Positions 23,549 to 28,927 of a stretch of DNA of 28,927 bases are shown here, piece after piece. Below the pieces are notes generated by a model. The model was not told the origin of the DNA. It searched no databases and saw only the letters and a list, made by a program, of their open reading frames with translations. The stretch's first letter is position 1; each line of letters begins with the position of its first letter. The stretch is from Trichinella spiralis (Eukaryota): NCBI RefSeq assembly GCF_000181795.1, contig NW_003526943.1, forward strand, positions 7,771,566 through 7,800,492. The letters run 5' to 3'. The translations under genes and the position numbers were made by a program.

Positions 23549-26489
23549 CGACCTGTGGTGGATTCGATGATGATGTTCTGATGATGAGGATGAGGATGAG
23601 GATGATGATGATGATGCTAATGATGATGATAGTGATGATGACGACGTTGATGATAATCATAATGATAATGATGAAACCGAAGGCGCGAAAGTAAATTTTG
23701 AAAAATTGTTTAAAGATTCTGCAGAAGAAACGATTGGTTAGCCTGTCTGCTTTATTCCATTGTTATCATTATTTCTCCTTTGGATAAATTGTTTTGTTTT
23801 TAATTTTTAATAAAAAGATTATTTTCAGATTCACCAGTGGCAGGGAAGTCAGAACAAGAAAAAAATGTTAATAAATATGTTGGAAATGATGAAGATGATA
23901 GTTCACTGTTGGCAGATTATTTCGTCCAAGTGGTCGAATCGGACAGTCCGACCGAAATGAAATCCAGAATAGCTAAAATGAAACTTGCCAAAGATGCATT
24001 GGAAAAGGAATTGAATTTTGAAAGCGATCTGCAAGAAAGCGCTAACTGCGTAAAGCAGGATACAACAACCAATGAGGATGATGATGATGATGATGAGATT
24101 GAGAATGGGGATGATGATGATGATGATGATAATAATGATGATGATGATGATGATAGTGGTGATGGTGATGATGGTGATGGTGACACGATGCAAATTGACG
24201 ACCAATTTCCCATGGTTCCTGCTGAAATCCTGGTAAAGACTCGTTGCTATTGTTGTTGTTCATTTTCCATATTATTTTTTGTTATTTAAGAGCAGTGTAA
24301 GTCCATTTTTTGAAAAGCTTGCCGACGAAATGAAAGATGAATTGGACAGTTGCTTTATTTATTACGCTGCTGACAGACTGCATCATCTTGTATATTCCGG
24401 GGTGTGTATGGTGTTGGTTTTGTTGTTCAAAATTGAAAAAAATTATTAATAATTTGATTATTGTTCTCGTATTATCCAAGGACATCGACGAATGTCAAGT
24501 TTGGATTGACGCAATTGCCCATACGGTCATTGGTGAACATCCGAAATATTCGCTGGATATTTCTTACGAGATGTTGCGTCAAGAATTGATCTGCTGGCAT
24601 CGGTTGAACAGAATGCATTTCGACAAAGAAGAACAACACTTCGAAACGGTTACGAATAATTTGTCTGTTAAAGTCAAATCATACATTGCCGATTCAAAAT
24701 GTCTTCCAGGTACACACTTTTTCTTCTTCTTCTTCTTCATCACTGTTTAGCAACAAGTGATGATTCTTCAATAAAATACAATGACCAAGTTATTCCATTC
24801 ACCAAGTTCATCTCAGTTGATTTCTTTTTTTTTTGATTAAATAGATCAAGCAAAGGATTTGAAAATTTTGGTAATTTGTTTTTTGTTAAATAATCGAGAT
24901 TGGGAATTTGTGCTTGGTATGACTGTCGACACGGGCCAATTTTCGGTAATCATTTTCACAGTTTATAATGATTTTTCTTCTTGAATTTTTTTTCATCTAA
25001 TTTCAGTTGGCCAAAGTATTAGCCGCTTTGTGCTATGAGATCAACCAGAACGGTTGTAGTATCATGTACTTTGCCGGGGAAGTGTTCGACATATTGATTT
25101 CAGCATTGGGAGAACCGTCTACACCCAAAGAGGAGAGCAGTTTTGATTCGGACAAATCGTCTTCGTCCAAAAAAACATCCTATGCGATAAGTCGTTTGGA
25201 GATGATCGAAATTTTGCAGCTTATTACGGTGAGAGAGCAAAGAGCGAGCCCAAAAATGGGGGAAAAGATAATAATAATAATAATAATAACCAATTATTTT
25301 GACTCCATATTCAGGAACCGACCGTGACGAATGTGTTGTTGTCGTTTTTTTGCAAACTTTACAGCCACATCAGTCAGACCGACTTTGAAATATGTACAAT
25401 TTACAACGAAATGTGGCCTTCGGATTTGGAAAAGTAATGCAAATGTTCCGTTTCGTTCTTTTTATCGAAACTTCTCTTGTGAAAAATTATGTCGTTTTTT
25501 TACTGTTGGTAGCAGAATGCCGAAATTTGACGAGACTTTTTTGATCGAGGCAATTGAAACCGCTTGGAATAATATGGAAAGTGAGCAGATGAACAATACC
25601 GATTCGTTGTTAATGTTTGCTGATTATCGGTTGAGTAAGAGATGTTTCGTTTTATTATCAAAAATGAAATCATAAAAAATATGTATATGATCTATTCTCT
25701 TTCGATGCAATTCAGCTAGGAAAGAATACAGTGATGCCATGAAGTATTATCTATTAGCTATTGTTTTGAAAACTGATCACTTTACCAATGACGACATGGA
25801 AATTATTTTAGACAGAGTAAGTATATATATGTATATACGGATTGTTTTTTTTTGTTATTACATCAATTTCATCTTGTTATTATGTCAATTTCACTACACG
25901 CTGATTAGGACGATTCTGTTGAAAATGTTTCTTGTTGTATATATATACATATATATAGGTGGCCGACAATATGCTCACCTGCTTGAATCAGTTGAATTTT
26001 CACTATGCAGCTTTCTTGTTTTGTCAATTTTTACCTTTGAAAAGTCCAACCTTACAGGCGTCACTTGTGAATCAGAGTTCAAGTGATCCTAGAGATGGTT
26101 ATTTTGAAATTTTGTGGAAGCAAGAATTCATGGAAGTACTATGTGGTATGTATTTTTTTCAGTTCGTTTTTTGAATTTTTATTAATATGTAAATAAAAAT
26201 TGCTATCATGTTTTTCCAGCTGAAAAAAATTAAATTATTATTACTGTTTCAGAAACCAGCGTTCGATATCATCGTGAAGCACATTCCAGTACTGTAGTAT
26301 GTTTAGCAGTTGTTTTTCTATTGAAGAAAAATAAATAAATATATATATATTTTTTTTTGTTCATTTTTGTAGTTGGAACAAGTGAAGAATCCAATGATGA
26401 ATTCATTCAACGACGACGAACTGCGTGAAAGCATCAGAACATATCGATTAACTTCATTTCTTACTAAGCTTCTACACTTATTCTCTTAG
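23549..26489 (+). CDS. INTS8: Integrator complex subunit 8, 5'-partial. Exons <23549-23736, 23829-24232, 24291-24401, 24481-24709, 24845-24945, 25007-25228, 25315-25433, 25516-25634, 25716-25816, 25959-26145, 26253-26296, 26373-26489
   Basis: Spliced C-terminus ADY..YSDAMKYYL..TDHF..MLTCLNQLNFHYAAFLFCQFL..SSDPRDGYFEILWKQEFMEVL..MNSFNDDELRE..FLTKLLHLF parallels human INTS8 (YSAALHYYL..ILCQFL..SHDAMDSYYDYIWDVTILEYL..FLQAMAKLYF). GT-AG phases are consistent. Confidence 0.85.
23566..24183 (+). repeat. (GAT)n-rich microsatellite tracts encoding poly-Asp within INTS8 exons (23566-23673, 24072-24183)
   Basis: Runs of gatgatgat/gaggat are visible directly. Confidence 0.9.
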
Positions 26490-26684
26490 CACACTGCTAA
26501 AGTGCGCTTGCATCTCAAGTACATCATATTTTGCCCAATAATAATGTTCTTATTTTATTATTCACAAAACGTTTATTAAAATTGCAATATTGAACCACGG
26601 GATTGCCTTTCCAACTGAGCAGATCAAAGAACTGAGAAAAAAACAACTCAGCAGATTGAGCATTATACAACGTCCATCAGAGAA

Positions 26685-27791
26685 TTACAACAAATTATCA
26701 CATGCTTTAGATTCGTGTTCATTGTAAATGTAGCCATTCGCTCGATCAGCTTTGACTAGAACTCTCGTCATTGTAGTCGAATCCTAAAAAATTCATTTTC
26801 TCCACTAATATACTGCATAAAAATGAGAAGTCTTTACTTCAACTTTGAGAGGATAAAAAGAAACTAATCCAAAATCTTCAATGATTTCACAAAGTGCTTC
26901 GCTGAGCTTTTTATATTTTGCGGCAAATCGTCGATTCTAGTGTAAAAATAATTTCTTTGAAAAATAATATCAAATAAAACAAACGAAATATTGTCAACTT
27001 CATCAGAATGAACTGAAATATTCATATGAAAAAGCCAAACAAGCAAAGTTTCGTAACGTTTACATGAGCTAAATTCTGTGTAGTGAAATGGAATTTCATC
27101 AATTAAATGTGAAACATAAAAGCCTTACTGGCATACATACCTGAAAAAGATCTGTTAAATATTTCAAATCTAAAACTTCAGTGTAAAATTCAGTGTTGAA
27201 ATCCAACTGATGCTCATTTCTTTCAAACAGATCAAATTTCGACAGTACATTGATATGGGGTGCCTCCAGACGAACCATCATGTTCAGCGAAACCATCAGA
27301 GCAGCCAGAAACTGCGACGGGTCCAAGCATGCTGTGGAATCGATCAAATTCACTACAGCCAAACGAAAGTCAAGTTGGTTCTGAAAGTAATGAATAATAT
27401 CTCTGACCATTGTGCAGTGCGTGTACAACTCTGCTTGGCCTGGAAAGTCAAAAATAATATATCTACACGTGTTATCTTCTCGTTGTTTTCCCTTTATCTC
27501 TTCTACTAACCATTCCAAGTTCTTCTCCACATATTCCATGCACAAAACCATGCCACCATTAGGCCCAACTTGCATATCGTCCATTACTGTCTTTACATTC
27601 ATCAGTTTGCATATATCGATGTCATAATCATTGGAAAGAAATTCATTCGCTGGATCCATGTTCACCAAAATTGTTTTTCGTCTCAACGACTGTAAAACAT
27701 TCCGCATTTGCTTACAATAAGTAGTTTTTCCTGAACCAGGTGGTCCGATAACCACTTGACCAAAGGTCAATGGCTCTCGACTGCTTTTCAT
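26685..27791 (-). CDS. GPN2: GPN-loop GTPase 2, ~282 aa. Exons 27791-27141, 26936-26838, 26783-26685
   Basis: FGQVVIGPPGSGKTTYC (GPN2-type P-loop), VNMDPANE, VGPNGG, FDFPGQAELYTH, PHINVLSKFDL, FYTEVLDL.YL, YKKLSEALCEIIEDFGLVSF, DRANGY. TTTTCAG acceptor ~28 nt upstream of the ATG. Confidence 0.95.
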
Positions 27792-28677
27792 TATTACGAA
27801 AAAAGTCAATCAGTGCAACTGAAAATTAACAGAAAAATTACAAACAAATACAAAATATGTTTAAATTAAATTTTTACAGAAAGTAAAAATATGCAGGTAT
27901 TACACTTTTCTACAGTAAAACTTCCTAATCCCTAACATTGAGTTTAGCAGTAAAATGAAATAAAACTTTTCATATAAAATGAAAAATATTCTAAGCTAAT
28001 ATTTAATTTTATCCAAGAAACTTCCCACTCATAAGCGCTTTTATCTCATTAAGCAAAATTTTATTGTATAAAATAAAATAAAATTAAATTAAACAGATGC
28101 TATTGACGACGTCAGTATTATTTCAGATCAAGAGAGGCAAGTAATGAACAATGAATCTGAATCTACATATAATTGTTGTACGTTTTAAAATTTAAATTTA
28201 AGTTCGGAGCAGAAAAACCTGATTCCCGTTATGGTGCTTTCACAAATTGCATATCTCTTAGCAGTCATGCCACATCAAGTGATATATTTAGCAACTTGTT
28301 CATCTCTCTTAACTGTAACTACACTCCTGACGTCTATATTTAAATGAGCAGTTACGTTAGCATCGTGCCAACTCTTGACTAGAAAAATTTGATACAGAAC
28401 TTGCACGTGCCATAAATGACAAAAATTGAACGGTGATTTTAAAAGCGTTTGTGTGCAATTGTTTAGCATGTTTGCTTCTTTTCTTATCCTGCCTGCCGCA
28501 TGAGTAGTGTTTTTTATTTTGTTGGCTAATACCTGATGATTAGCTACCTGCAGCAAGTGATGAATACCGCTGAGATCACGATAGCGAAAAAAAGAAATGA
28601 AAGTACAAACTAACTCTGCGCTTGTAGAAATTGAAAGCTATGTAATTATCCGTTACAAATATATGAAAATTAAGGGA

Positions 28678-28727
28678 TGGTCCCACTTGGGCTCAACTTT
28701 GTTCCCATTCGGTCCCACTGTTCATTT
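28678..28727 (-). repeat. 50-bp dispersed repeat, copy 2 (inverted relative to 20540-20589)
   Basis: The reverse complement reads AAATGAACAGTGGGACCGAATGGGAACAAAGTTGAGCCCAAGTGGGACCA. Confidence 0.9.
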
Positions 28728-28927
28728 GCAATGCGTATGCTCCCCATCATGCGTGTCATTAAAAAGAAATTGCGAGATAAGTGACAGAGTTAGCATTATT
28801 GACATTTGAAACCCAGAATATGTAATAGTTGCTGCAACGTTCATCTATTTTTCGCACATATTATTAATATATTCTGACATTGACACACAGATGTCTATAT
28901 AACTCATGACATTGATAGATTTCAACA

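Noticed and set aside
23549..23580. Apparent frameshift/stops in the INTS8 frame just after the gap
   Set aside because: It lies within ~30 nt of a contig edge in a microsatellite, so assembly error is far more likely than pseudogenisation.
22698..23694. Long ORFs in the track spanning the N gap (also 20017-20329)
   Set aside because: They are artefacts of translating N runs.
23903..24263. Minus-strand poly-Ile, poly-Ser and poly-His ORFs
   Set aside because: They are antisense readings of the (GAT)n poly-Asp tract of INTS8.
28275..28556. 93-aa minus ORF with SWHDANVT faintly like a non-LTR RT motif
   Set aside because: A single weak motif with no other RT signatures.

Overview
AT-rich eukaryotic genomic DNA with short GT-AG introns (mostly 55-135 nt), TTTCAG-type acceptors and two N gaps (20106-20159, 22930-23548). 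Intron style and gene content suggest a nematode, probably a clade I species such as Trichinella (inference). Seven genes could be reconstructed by hand: an intronless retinoblastoma-family pocket protein (+), the ERAD RING E3 TMEM129 (-), an Abraxas/FAM175-family protein (+), the Hsp90 co-chaperone TTC4/Cns1 (+), an equilibrative nucleoside transporter (+), Integrator subunit INTS8 (+, 5' end lost in a gap) and the GPN-loop GTPase GPN2 (-). The ~13-23 kb interval has no intact gene. It holds a decayed ORF with a possible RING remnant, a piggyBac transposase relic, three tRNA-like SINE heads and a 50-bp repeat that recurs inverted near the window end. I find no convincing novel multi-gene system. 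The best leads are an Abraxas homologue in a probable nematode, its operon-like spacing with TTC4, an apparent GT-GG intron in TTC4, the tRNA-derived repeat family and the acidic N-terminal region of INTS8.
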